A stretch of 47,103 nt of DNA from Coleofasciculus chthonoplastes F2-STO-03 (GCA_040222015.1 JAVJWO010000137.1:1-47103); one strand, 5' to 3'; counted from the first letter of the stretch, positions 7,840 to 17,982 are shown. Numbers and translations: made by a program. The notes: generated from the letters alone by a model not told the origin.

Positions 7840-10341
7840 ATGTCACACCTCAAACCAATCGGATGTTCCATCGCGATCGCTACAGCTTTACTGTCTCTGA
7901 GCATGGATAGTAAACCGATTCAAGCTCAATCCATCACACCTGCTGATGGGACAAATACCATCGTTACTCCCGACGGCAACCGTATTGATATTAGCGGCGG
8001 TTCGCTGTCCGGAGATGGGGGCAATCTCTTCCACCGCTTTGAGCAATTTGGCGTGAGTCAAGGAGAAATAGCCAACTTCCTCTCCAACCCAAAAATTCGC
8101 AACATTTTGGCGGGAGTTGTCGGTGGGGAAGCGTCCCTGATTAATGGGCTGATTCAGGTGACAGGGGGAAATTCTAACCTGTTTTTAATGAATCCGGCTG
8201 GAATTGTTTTTGGCACTCAGGCGAGTTTAAATGTTCCGGCGGCTTTTACGGCGACGACAGCCAGCAGTATTGGGTTTGACGGGGGTCAGTTTAATGCTGT
8301 GGGTGACAATAATTATCAAGCACTCATGGGTTCTCCCAATGCCTTTTCCTTTGCCATGGAACAGCCAGGAAGCATTATTAATGCAGGTGATTTGGCTGTG
8401 GGTGAGGGGCAAGGTTTGACGGTTGTTGCTGGAGCCGTAATCAATACAGGGACGTTTTCTGCACCAGGGGGAACGATTACTGTTGCCTCTGTACCCGGAA
8501 CCAGTCAGGTGGTGATTAACCAAGAAAATATGGCGCTGGGTTTAAAGCTGGATGTAGCCGATTTAGATGATAACGGAGTTGGCAACATTTCACCAGCAAG
8601 TCTAGGACAGTTGGTGACGGGTGGGGATGTAGTTCCAGCAACAGAAATTAAAGTTGAAGAGGGTCAAGTCTGGTTAACCGCTTCAAATCAGCCAATTCCG
8701 ACAGAAACGGGAACGACGATTGTTTCTGGCAATATTGATACGGCTAGCAGTGAAACTGGGGGAACGGTTCACATTTTAGGGCAGCGTGTAGGTTTGGTTG
8801 ATGCAGAAATTGATGCTTCGGGTAGTAATGGCGGTGGGACGGTTTTAGTCGGTGGTGACTATCAGGGTCAAGGTGAAGTTTTCAATGCTCAACGGACTTT
8901 TGTTAATCAGAATTCCACGATTCAAGCGGATGCGTTGACTAATAACGGTGGCGGAACTGTCGTGCTTTGGGCAGATGATACTACTCAGTTTTTTGGTGAT
9001 ATCAGCAGCCGTGGTGGTTCAGTGGCTGGAGATGGGGGGTTTGTTGAGGTATCAGGGAAGGAGAATTTAGATTTTGAGGGGACAGTTGATACCAGTGCAA
9101 TTAATGGAGAAGGTGGAACGTTACTACTTGACCCAACTGATATCACAATTACGGCTGGGGGGACGCCTGGTGGGTTTAGCGGTCAGGTAATGTTTGCTGA
9201 TGCAGAACCGACAACAATTAGCGAGAATCAGTTAGAAACTTTGTCAGGTAATACTAATGTCCTGTTGCAGGCGGATAATACGATTACCATTGAGCCGATG
9301 CAAAACAGGGTGCTGTCGTTTCAGCGAGGTAGTGGGTCAATTACCTTTGAGGCAGGTGGCGCTTTTACAATGGCACAGAGTGATACCCTCAACGCTAATG
9401 GCAGAGACTTGACGATTTCTGCTGCTAGTATCACGGCTGGCAATATTAATCCTTTATTCGGTGTTGGCGGAGGCTTTGTTAGTTTAACCGCTACGAATGG
9501 CGGAATTTTGGCGAGAAATGTCAATACGGGTACTGGGGAGGGCGGTGAAATTAACCTCAGTGCTACCAATGGTGACATTACTATCGCCGACTCTGTTAGT
9601 TCACAAACGCTTAATAATAGGACAGGAGGCGATGTTATCATTAATGTGACTGGCGGCAGATTCAGTTCCAGAACCATCGTATCGCCCGCTGCTGGAAATG
9701 GGGGAAGTGGGGGTGATGTTACTGTCAATGCTACTGACGGTATTACAGTCAGAGACCTAATAGATGCTAAGGGGGGTTCTGGTTTCGACCCCAACCGCAA
9801 TGGAACTATTACCCTCAATGGTGTTGTCCTCAATGATTCCACGGTCAGAGATATTAATACATCCGGCACTTCTGGAATCGACACTGGAACTCCTGGAACT
9901 AATACAGGCACTACCGGAAGTCCCGGAACTAATACAGGAAATCCCGGAACTAATACAGGCACTGGCACAACAATCATTGGAGACAACGGCGTAATCGTCA
10001 AGATCGGTTCTACTGGTTCGCGGGCTGGCTTTAGAAATTCGTCAAGCACTAATGGTATTACTTATCAGGATTGGCGTCAGGGTGTAGCTAATTGGCTGCG
10101 CCAACACGATAGGTCAATGAAGGCTCGCTATGAAAGAAAGCGAGAACAGCGAGCCAGGAGACACATGAATTACTCTGATTTATACAGCCAAGAGGTGGAA
10201 TATAACGCTGGATGGAGTCAATACTACGCGGAAATGGGTGACGCTGAATCTGCTGCTTATTACGGGCAACAGGCAAGTGATTCCAGCCAATATGCTGCTG
10301 ACGAAGAGCGTGCCGCAAGGCGAATACGAAGAGGTTTGTAG
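7840..10341 (+). CDS. Filamentous haemagglutinin-family TpsA exoprotein (copy 2)
   Basis: Signal peptide; TPS domain; VLVGGDYQGQG, GGFVEVSGK, GTLLLDP repeats typical of cyanobacterial FHA-like proteins; PGTNTG linker repeats. Confidence 0.9.
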   Translation: MSHLKPIGCSIAIATALLSLSMDSKPIQAQSITPADGTNTIVTPDGNRIDISGGSLSGDGGNLFHRFEQFGVSQGEIANFLSNPKIRNILAGVVGGEASLINGLIQVTGGNSNLFLMNPAGIVFGTQASLNVPAAFTATTASSIGFDGGQFNAVGDNNYQALMGSPNAFSFAMEQPGSIINAGDLAVGEGQGLTVVAGAVINTGTFSAPGGTITVASVPGTSQVVINQENMALGLKLDVADLDDNGVGNISPASLGQLVTGGDVVPATEIKVEEGQVWLTASNQPIPTETGTTIVSGNIDTASSETGGTVHILGQRVGLVDAEIDASGSNGGGTVLVGGDYQGQGEVFNAQRTFVNQNSTIQADALTNNGGGTVVLWADDTTQFFGDISSRGGSVAGDGGFVEVSGKENLDFEGTVDTSAINGEGGTLLLDPTDITITAGGTPGGFSGQVMFADAEPTTISENQLETLSGNTNVLLQADNTITIEPMQNRVLSFQRGSGSITFEAGGAFTMAQSDTLNANGRDLTISAASITAGNINPLFGVGGGFVSLTATNGGILARNVNTGTGEGGEINLSATNGDITIADSVSSQTLNNRTGGDVIINVTGGRFSSRTIVSPAAGNGGSGGDVTVNATDGITVRDLIDAKGGSGFDPNRNGTITLNGVVLNDSTVRDINTSGTSGIDTGTPGTNTGTTGSPGTNTGNPGTNTGTGTTIIGDNGVIVKIGSTGSRAGFRNSSSTNGITYQDWRQGVANWLRQHDRSMKARYERKREQRARRHMNYSDLYSQEVEYNAGWSQYYAEMGDAESAAYYGQQASDSSQYAADEERAARRIRRGL

Positions 10342-10471
10342 TTACATCGTGAGAGTGGCTCTAAATCAGATTTAAAATAGCAACTCTTGCTGGACAAACT
10401 GTTTAGCTGCATCCGTTGTCGAGAATCAGTTAGATTGGTCATATTTAAATTTTTTTCAGGAGGTAACTTCG

Positions 10472-10912
10472 ATGATACTGCCTCGTACTCTAGTTTGGGC
10501 AATGTTAGGATTTTCTCTGTGTGGTATCAATGTTGTTCTTAGCTCAACCCCTTTGTCTGCTCAGACTTTGGCACAAACAATACAAGGGGAGGAACCTGAG
10601 CGACTCCCCCCTGAACCGATTCCTATTATGCAGGAATTCGATCTTAGTCGAGAGCAGTTTGAGCAATTAGCAGCAATTCGCAACCGATATAGAGAGCAAA
10701 TTATCCAAACTGATGAAGAACTCTATCAAGCAGAACAAGAATTAGAAGAGTTAATGGGAAGTCCAACGGCTACGGAAAGTGAAGTTCGTGAAAAGTTTCG
10801 TCAAGTTGAATTGCTGCGACAAAGACTTGCTGAATTAACGTTTGAAAGTAGTCTAGAAATGCGCTCTGTACTCCGACCTGATCAGCGTCGCGCTTTTTTA
10901 GAACGATTTTAA
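10472..10912 (+). CDS. Spy/CpxP (LTXXQ) family periplasmic helical protein (copy 2)
   Basis: Signal peptide; DLSREQ and VLRPDQR motifs; AGGAGG RBS upstream. Confidence 0.85.
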   Translation: MILPRTLVWAMLGFSLCGINVVLSSTPLSAQTLAQTIQGEEPERLPPEPIPIMQEFDLSREQFEQLAAIRNRYREQIIQTDEELYQAEQELEELMGSPTATESEVREKFRQVELLRQRLAELTFESSLEMRSVLRPDQRRAFLERF

Positions 10913-10986
10913 GTTTTGATGTTTATCAAGCTGAAAAACTAGGTGCAATATCTGTCTAACTCAAGACAGGGTGTAAGAGGAGTGAG

Positions 10987-12750
10987 ATGATACAAACTAA
11001 ATTATTAGTCATTGGGGGGATTACCCTGATTTCAACACTTGAACAGGGTTACGCTTTGGCTAATCCTCCCCTAACTTTACCAGAACCTACCGAACATTTT
11101 CCTACCTTTGATTTCGCCCAACAACCTAACCCCAACGAAGACCGATTTCTCCAACCTACTCCCGAACCTATTCCTTCTGAACCAACAGAAACCGACCCAG
11201 TTTTACCAACCCCTGAAGAACCCGTTCAACCGCCCCCAACTGAATCAACCGAAACAACAATTGATGTTAACACTATCGAAGTTGTAGGGAGTACCGTTTT
11301 TAGTGCAGAGGAGTTCAATCCGATTATTCAACCCTTAGAAGGACGCACTGTTACCATAAATGAACTTCAGGATGCCACGGATGCGATCGCGCAACTTTAT
11401 CGTGATGCTGGATACTTTACCTCAACGGCGATTTTACCGCAACAGAATGTAACCGATGGTGTTGTTACCATTCAGGTGATTGAAGGGCGTTTAGCAGACA
11501 TTCAGATAGAAAGAACTGAACGACTGAAGCCAAGCTACATCCGTAAACGGGTTCAATCAGCAGTCACTACTCCCCTGCGTATTGATACACTAGAAGAGCA
11601 ATTGCGATTGCTGAGAACCAGTCCCCTTTTTGACACCCTAAACGCCACCTTAGAAGCAGGTACGGAAGTCGGTGAGAGTATTCTTGTGGTGCGAGTTGAA
11701 GAGGAAAATCCGTTCTTTGGAAATGTCAGTGTTGATAACTATTCTCCCCCTAGCATTGGTTCAGAACGCTTAGGCGTCCAACTCGGTTATCGGAATCTGA
11801 TTGGAATTGGCGATACGCTTTCCGGTTCCTATTACCGTTCCACAACGGGCGGTTCTAATTTGTTTGATTTTAGCTATCAGGTTCCCCTGAATGCAAAAGA
11901 CGGAACGCTACAACTGCGTACCGTTATTGACAGAAATGAAATTACCGAAGAACTCTTTGATGAACTCAATATCGAAGGGGAAACCGAACTCTATGAAATC
12001 AGCTTCCGTCAACCCTTAATTCGTACCCTACGCCAAGAATTTGCCCTGTCTTTAGGGTTTAGTTATCGAGACGGTCAAACCTTTATTTTTGATCGCCTAC
12101 CCACTCCCTTTGGGATTGGACCCGATGAAGATGGCGTGAGTCGCACCAGTGTCTTCCGCTTTGGACAAGACTACGTGAAACGGGATATCCAGGGCGCATG
12201 GAGTCTGCGATCGCAGTTTAACATTGGTACCGATTTCTTTGACGCTACGACCAATGATGCACCAATTCCAGATAGTCGCTTTTTTAGCTGGTTTGGTCAA
12301 GTGCAACGCACACAAATATTGGGCAATAATCATCTATTAATTATTGCGGCTAACTTACAACTTACCCCCGATTCTCTCCTGGCTTCTGAGCAATTTGTAA
12401 TCGGTGGCGGACAAACGCTGCGCGGGTACAGGCAAAATGTACGTTCTGGTGACAATGGGTTTCGCGTTTCGATTGAAGATCGGATTACACTGGAGAGAAA
12501 TGAAACTGGATTACCGACGTTTCAACTTGCACCTTTTGTTGATGTAGGGGCGGTGTGGAATCATCCCGATAATCCCAATGATCAACCCGATCAGACGTTT
12601 TTAGCTAGTTTAGGATTAGGTGTACTTTGGGAACCTATCCCTAACTTAAATATCCGCCTCGACTATGGGATTCCTTTTGTGGATTTGGATGATCGGAGAG
12701 AAAACGCTCAAGATGAGGGATTTCATTTTAGTGTAGACTATCAGTTTTAA
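10987..12750 (+). CDS. ShlB/FhaC/HecB family TpsB outer-membrane transporter
   Basis: POTRA motif LYRDAGYFTS.A.LP.Q, loop-6 motif IGGGQTLRGY, C-terminal DYQF. Confidence 0.93.
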   Translation: MIQTKLLVIGGITLISTLEQGYALANPPLTLPEPTEHFPTFDFAQQPNPNEDRFLQPTPEPIPSEPTETDPVLPTPEEPVQPPPTESTETTIDVNTIEVVGSTVFSAEEFNPIIQPLEGRTVTINELQDATDAIAQLYRDAGYFTSTAILPQQNVTDGVVTIQVIEGRLADIQIERTERLKPSYIRKRVQSAVTTPLRIDTLEEQLRLLRTSPLFDTLNATLEAGTEVGESILVVRVEEENPFFGNVSVDNYSPPSIGSERLGVQLGYRNLIGIGDTLSGSYYRSTTGGSNLFDFSYQVPLNAKDGTLQLRTVIDRNEITEELFDELNIEGETELYEISFRQPLIRTLRQEFALSLGFSYRDGQTFIFDRLPTPFGIGPDEDGVSRTSVFRFGQDYVKRDIQGAWSLRSQFNIGTDFFDATTNDAPIPDSRFFSWFGQVQRTQILGNNHLLIIAANLQLTPDSLLASEQFVIGGGQTLRGYRQNVRSGDNGFRVSIEDRITLERNETGLPTFQLAPFVDVGAVWNHPDNPNDQPDQTFLASLGLGVLWEPIPNLNIRLDYGIPFVDLDDRRENAQDEGFHFSVDYQF

Positions 12751-12880
12751 TCGTTATCCAAAAGCCGAGAACTAAAGTTATGGCTAAAAGCTTAAACCAG
12801 TTAGAACTGGTTCATATCATCTACCTTTCGCGATTTCAGGCTTTTTTTAGTCGGGGGAATTTGCGGTAAAATATATTATA

Positions 12881-13073
12881 CTAAATCTGGGTTTTCTACC
12901 TCCGTTATAATTCAGTCCGCGCAGGCGGACTTAGTTTGTATAGCAGCGATTTCAATCGCCATGGCAAAAGGGAGTCAGCTAAATCTGGGTTTTCTACCTC
13001 CGTTATAATTCAGTCCGCGCAGGCGGACTTAGTTTGTATAGCAGCGATTTCAATCGCCATGGCAAAAGGGAGT
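12881..13073. repeat. Exact tandem duplication of 95 bp (12881-12975, 12979-13073) containing a REP-like double hairpin
   Basis: Both copies read CTAAATCTGGG...AGTCCGCGCAGGCGGACT...GCGATTTCAATCGC...GGGAGT. Confidence 0.9.
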
Positions 13074-13137
13074 TCCTGTTCCCTGTTCCCTGTTCCCTCC
13101 CCTCACCATAAAACTCCCTTTAGCAGATCCTAGTTAA

Positions 13138-14532
13138 TTAAGTCGATCGCGGTTTGGGAGTGGACAAAACCAACAGAAATTCCACCAACGACAGTAATAC
13201 AGGACTAATGGGACGAATCACCCATTTAAATAAGACATCCGCGATCGCTGTTTTACGGGGGCGGTTAAGTAAAAACGTCGCCACAAAAATTGCCGCGATC
13301 GCAGCGATGCTAGTGACCCAGAAAAAGGGCGCAAAACTGCCAAAAATGGCTCTTAATCCTCCAGCAGTAAAAATACCCGCCAATCCGCCAATCCCAAACG
13401 CGGTAAACATTAGCCCATAGTTACTGGGATAATTATCCAGATCGAAAAAACTTAAAGTTGCGGCTGGGGCGACAGCTAACCACGCCCCTAAACAAAACCA
13501 AAATAGAGAAAATGCAACTAAAAAATTGACTTGCTGACCCTGACTCGTATTCAGCATGATCATCGAGGCGATCAAAATCAGCACATTAATTAAGATAACC
13601 GTTAACTTCGGCTTGAGTCGATCATTTAACCACCCAAATAACGGACGCCCAATACCGTTAAATACAGCAAATAAAGGAACAGCAAACGTGAGACGTTCCG
13701 GTTCAAGTCCGACAATTTCCCGCCCAATTTGAGCCGTAGTCGCAATGGCAGTTAATCCAACAAATGTACCGATAATATAGCAACTCCAAAGCCCATAAAA
13801 CGTCTGGGTTTGCACCATGGGTAAATTAATCACGCGATCGCGTTCAGCATGACTCCCTGTTCCGGGTGGCGTCCAACCCGCCGGTTGCCAACAGGGTGGT
13901 GGCATTTTCAGGGTGGTGGATATTGCCAAAATAATTGCCGTAAACGCGATCCCTAAGAGAATAAACGTGGTACGAATCCCCAAGGCGGGAATCCCCAGTT
14001 GGACGTTTCCCCGAATCAGATTAAACGCTAGGGGGGCGGTTAGCAACGGCGAAAGCCCAAACCCCACCACCGTCATCCCCACCGCAAACCCTTTGCGATC
14101 GGGAAACCAGCGGGCGGCGACAGCAAGGGGAACTCCATACGTCATCCCCACGCCAATTCCGGTAATTAAACCATAGCTAATTACCAACAGGGGTAAATTA
14201 GTCACTTGACTTGACAAAACATAACCAATTCCCACAATAATTCCGCCGATAGCCGTGAGGATGCGGGGACTACAGCGATTCATATACAATCCGGCAATTG
14301 GCATGACGATGGTAAAGGTTACCCCTAATACCAGAAACGGAAGTAGAATGGCACCGGGTTGGGTGTTCAATTCCTCCTCAAACGGACCGCTGAAGATACT
14401 CCAAGAATAGACGGTTCCTAAACAAAGTAATACGATTAACCCCAGAGGAATGAACAGCCACCTGCCTAATTCGGGTTGCAGTCTGTATGGCTTAGTCTCG
14501 TCCGGGAATTCAAAGAAATTAATTCTGTCCAT
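13138..14532 (-). CDS. MFS transporter, oxalate/formate antiporter (OFA)-like
   Basis: LGTVYSWSIF, ARWFPDRKGFAVG, FNGIGRPLFGWLND, NYGLMFTAFG; ATG at 14532 preferred over track start 14631. Confidence 0.85.
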   Translation of the reverse strand: MDRINFFEFPDETKPYRLQPELGRWLFIPLGLIVLLCLGTVYSWSIFSGPFEEELNTQPGAILLPFLVLGVTFTIVMPIAGLYMNRCSPRILTAIGGIIVGIGYVLSSQVTNLPLLVISYGLITGIGVGMTYGVPLAVAARWFPDRKGFAVGMTVVGFGLSPLLTAPLAFNLIRGNVQLGIPALGIRTTFILLGIAFTAIILAISTTLKMPPPCWQPAGWTPPGTGSHAERDRVINLPMVQTQTFYGLWSCYIIGTFVGLTAIATTAQIGREIVGLEPERLTFAVPLFAVFNGIGRPLFGWLNDRLKPKLTVILINVLILIASMIMLNTSQGQQVNFLVAFSLFWFCLGAWLAVAPAATLSFFDLDNYPSNYGLMFTAFGIGGLAGIFTAGGLRAIFGSFAPFFWVTSIAAIAAIFVATFLLNRPRKTAIADVLFKWVIRPISPVLLSLVEFLLVLSTPKPRST

Positions 14533-14813
14533 TATAAAAAAGCTGGATCTAACGGAACTGGCTTGAATAAATAAACTAAGTCTAGCGCCAGGAGATAACC
14601 TGTGAAACAATAGAACAATTGAAAAATCCAATCATTACGATAAGAAAATCCAGGGTTAGGCTTAAATTTTGACCCTAACTTTTGTGCAGACGGCAAAATA
14701 GCCCCTTTCCGTTACACTTTATTAGCCCAATCTCTGTCATCATAGTTCAATCATCCTCAAGTTCCGCGAAGAACCGTGATTGCCTTTAATAACGGGCAAA
14801 GGAGATTCGACTT

Positions 14814-16799
14814 ATGAGACATTACTCGTTTACGGATACCGAACGCTACCAGATGACGGGACTCGTCGATTATACTAACTTATATTCGCTTCCCGAACTG
14901 TGGCATAAAACCGCCATCCTGTTTAAAGATAGTGTGGCACTTATCGATCCTCATGCTAAGCCCAGTGTTACTTTAACCTATCAGCAGTTATATCAACACA
15001 TTCAGCAATTTGCCACCGGAATTCAACGGTTAGAATTACCCCAAGATGGGAAAGAAAATATCCCTTGTCGTGTTGCATTATTTGCCGATAATAGTCCCCG
15101 TTGGCTAATTGCTGATCAGGGAATTATGCTCGCTGGTGCAGCAGATGCAGTACGATCAGCCGCCGCTGATCGCGATGAGTTATTGTATATCCTTAAACAC
15201 AGTGGCAGCATCGGCTTAGTAGTCGAAAATATGAAAACTTATCATCAGCTTTGTCCAGAATTATATCAATTTTCCTTACAATGGGTTGTGTTGTTATCGG
15301 ATGAAACGGTGGATAACACATTGCCCTTTAAACAACTGAACTTTAGTCAAATCATGACCCTCGGATCAACGCATCCGTTACAACCGATCCACGCCAATCA
15401 CCAAACCCTAGCCACCTTAATTTATACCTCTGGAACAACGGGTCAACCCAAAGGCGTGATGCTGACGCATGGTAATTTAATTCATCAACTGGTTGCAGCC
15501 TCAGCAATTATTCAGCCCTGCGTCGGCGATCGCACGTTGAGCATTTTACCCACCTGGCACAGTTTTGGGCGTATTGGCGAATACTTTACTCTTAGCCAAG
15601 GGTGTACGCAAATTTATACGAATCGCCGCTATCTTAAGCAAGATTTACAAACCTTTACCCCACAATATATGGTCGGAGTCCCCCGTTTATGGGAATCGAT
15701 TTATGAAGGTATCCAAAAGTCTTTCCGGGATAAACCGCCCCGGATGCAAAAATTAATTACTAAATTTTTAACGATCAGTCAACAGTATATTAAAGTGGTT
15801 CGCCTCTGCAAAGGATTGGATTTACAGAACCTAAATCCTTCGCGTTCCCAATTCGTTAAGGCGTGGGTTAAAACGATACTACTATCCCCCCTGCATTTTT
15901 TAGGCGAGATGATTGTGTACAAAAAAATTCAGCAAGCCACAGGTGGGAAAGTAAAACAATTAATCAGTGGTGGCGGTTCTTTAGCAAAACATTTAGAAGA
16001 CTTCTTTGAAATTGTCGGCATTGAAATATTAGTGGGTTACGGATTAACTGAAACTTCACCTGTACTCACAGCGCGGCGTCAGCATCGAAATTTACGGGGG
16101 GCTTCTGGATTACCTTTAGCGAACACTGAAATCAAAATCGTGGATTTGGACAATCGAACAACTTTACCCCCAGGTAAACCTGGTTTAGTCATGGCGAAAG
16201 GACCCCAAATCATGCAAGGATATTACTTGAATCCCCAAGCCACGAAAAACGCGATCGATGAGGATGGATGGTTTGATACAGGTGATATGGGTTGGTTAAC
16301 GCCCGATAATCAGCTTGTGTTAACGGGACGAGCAAAGGATACAATTGTTTTGAGTAATGGGGAAAATAAAGAACCTCAACCTATTGAAGATGCTTGTCTA
16401 AGGAGTCCTTACATTGACCAAATTATGCTAGTGGGTCAAGATCAGAAATCCTTGGGTGCTTTAATTGTCCCCAATTTAGAGGCGTTGGCACAGGCGTTAG
16501 TTCAGGCGGGTGTAGGCGACTCACAGGCGACGGTTCCCAAAAATGAGTCCCCAACCCATCAAGTGATTGAGGGACAAATCGATTTGAATAGTCCAATTGT
16601 GCGGAATTTATTTCGCCAAGAATTAAATCGCCAAGTTCGCGATCGCGCCGGTTATCGTGCAGATGATCAGATTACCCAGTTTGAGCTAATTGAAGAACCG
16701 TTTACCATAGAGAATGGTCTATTAACCCAAACCCTGAAAATTCGTCGAAATCTTGTGGCAGATCGGTATCGCGATCGCATTCATCAGATGTTTGGTTAA
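14814..16799 (+). CDS. Long-chain fatty acyl-ACP/CoA synthetase (Aas-like)
   Basis: YTSGTTGQPKGVMLTHGN, GYGLTETSP, DGWFDTGD, GRAKDTIVLSNGE. Confidence 0.9.
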   Translation: MRHYSFTDTERYQMTGLVDYTNLYSLPELWHKTAILFKDSVALIDPHAKPSVTLTYQQLYQHIQQFATGIQRLELPQDGKENIPCRVALFADNSPRWLIADQGIMLAGAADAVRSAAADRDELLYILKHSGSIGLVVENMKTYHQLCPELYQFSLQWVVLLSDETVDNTLPFKQLNFSQIMTLGSTHPLQPIHANHQTLATLIYTSGTTGQPKGVMLTHGNLIHQLVAASAIIQPCVGDRTLSILPTWHSFGRIGEYFTLSQGCTQIYTNRRYLKQDLQTFTPQYMVGVPRLWESIYEGIQKSFRDKPPRMQKLITKFLTISQQYIKVVRLCKGLDLQNLNPSRSQFVKAWVKTILLSPLHFLGEMIVYKKIQQATGGKVKQLISGGGSLAKHLEDFFEIVGIEILVGYGLTETSPVLTARRQHRNLRGASGLPLANTEIKIVDLDNRTTLPPGKPGLVMAKGPQIMQGYYLNPQATKNAIDEDGWFDTGDMGWLTPDNQLVLTGRAKDTIVLSNGENKEPQPIEDACLRSPYIDQIMLVGQDQKSLGALIVPNLEALAQALVQAGVGDSQATVPKNESPTHQVIEGQIDLNSPIVRNLFRQELNRQVRDRAGYRADDQITQFELIEEPFTIENGLLTQTLKIRRNLVADRYRDRIHQMFG

Positions 16800-16936
16800 A
16801 ACAAGAATATTTTCCCACCTACTTACTTATCTTTTTCCATAGCTACCTTCACTCAGAATACCGAGTTGAATTGGGCATTGAGCCTATCTGTGGGTAGAGA
16901 TTGAGAGGAATAGCAGAAGACAGAAGCTTGATTACT

Positions 16937-16970
16937 GTTCCCCGTTCCCCGTTCCCCGTTCCCCGTTCCC
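16937..16970. repeat. STRR heptamer (CCGTTCC)n
   Basis: About five tandem copies of GTTCCCC. Confidence 0.8.
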
Positions 16971-17229
16971 TCTCCTCACCCCAATCAGACACTCAGCCAA
17001 TGGGGGACATGACGATTCAGCCAACGTTGCAAGGCCTCCATTAATTTGGAGATAGCCGCCAGTTAGGTGGTATTAGCCTGTGGACTACCTATTGTCTGCG
17101 ATCGATTCCCCTGTCATCTACCTCAAGACTTGGCTGGAAAATGCTTAGGCTGCATGTCTTGAGGTGGAATGATCAGCAATATCCCCTAACAGGGCAGGAA
17201 TTCGTTACAATATCTATTGAGACTCAAAG

Positions 17230-17332
17230 CGGTGACTACGTTTGTTTTCAGTATTCATAGGTTTTTCCCCTAAAGTATTGACAGGCTGTTCTCCGAAATC
17301 TTGGCTCTCGACACACTTTTTGATTGGGGAGA
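17230..17332 (+). promoter_or_regulatory. Conserved leader boxes of cold-inducible cyanobacterial rbp genes
   Basis: Box II TTTGTTTTCAGT (17241-17252), box I TCTCCGAA (17290-17297) complementary to GGAGA RBS (17328-17332), box III-like CGGTGA (17230-17235). Confidence 0.7.
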
Positions 17333-17342
17333 ACATCAATCG

Positions 17343-17630
17343 ATGTCAATTTATGTAGGCAATCTCGACTACTCCGTTACCTCTGAAGACCTTAGCGAAG
17401 TCTTTGCCGAGTACGGTACCGTCAAGCGAGTTCATCTGCCGACTGATCGCGAAACAGGTCGCCTGCGGGGGTTTGGCTTTGTGGAAATGGGGACGGAAGA
17501 CGAAGAAGCCTCAGCAATTTCTGAGCTAAACGGCGCTGAATGGATGGGTCGTGAACTCAAGGTCAATCAAGCGCGACCTCGTGAAGATCGCCCAAAAAGC
17601 GGTGGTGGTCGCAGAAACAACCGCTTCTAG
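17343..17630 (+). CDS. RRM RNA-binding protein (Rbp family)
   Basis: MSIYVGNL (RNP2), RGFGFVEM (RNP1), short Gly/Arg tail; true start 17343. Confidence 0.93.
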   Translation: MSIYVGNLDYSVTSEDLSEVFAEYGTVKRVHLPTDRETGRLRGFGFVEMGTEDEEASAISELNGAEWMGRELKVNQARPREDRPKSGGGRRNNRF

Positions 17631-17702
17631 GTTTTGAGTTGACTGTGGCGCTTATGTGTGAATCTACAGAAGCGTTTTGTTGTATTGATGGAGACATCTA
17701 AA

Positions 17703-17870
17703 ATGGCTAAACGCCGCAATTTGAAAAAAGAGAAAGCCTCTCGCAACCAAGCTTATGCTCGGCAGTTTCGCAAGAAGTCTTCTTCTTCTTCTTTCTCAAG
17801 AAACAAGCGCTATTTTGGGAATCGTGATACCAAAAGCGAAAATGAAGGTGAAGAAAAAGAGGCTGAGTAG
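17703..17870 (+). CDS. Small basic hypothetical protein (55 aa)
   Basis: GGAGA RBS at 17691; MAKRRNLKKEKASRNQAYARQFRKK..., acidic C-terminus. Confidence 0.7.
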   Translation: MAKRRNLKKEKASRNQAYARQFRKKSSSSSFSRNKRYFGNRDTKSENEGEEKEAE

Positions 17871-17929
17871 TAATCACTCACGACTCTTGTCTTAGGTGAA
17901 AGCAATCTCATAAAGCTCCGATAGTAACG

Positions 17930-17961
17930 ATAAGGGACAGGCTAGCTAACCTGTCCCTTAT
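17930..17961. terminator. Likely bidirectional terminator hairpin between convergent rbp and petCA units
   Basis: ATAAGGGACAGG-ctagctaa-CCTGTCCCTTAT perfect 12-bp stem. Confidence 0.75.
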
Positions 17962-17982
17962 TTGTATGAATAAGCGCTGGAC

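Noticed and set aside
9321..10049. 242-aa antisense ORF
   Set aside because: Shadow of Gly/Thr-rich tpsA2 codons; no independent signature
12881..13073. Possible CRISPR array
   Set aside because: Only two 95-bp identical units with a 3-bp gap, no unique spacers, no cas genes
14814..16799. Acyl-ACP synthetase as part of the halogenase cluster
   Set aside because: 7 kb away, separated by pet and ure genes; the cluster has its own FAAL
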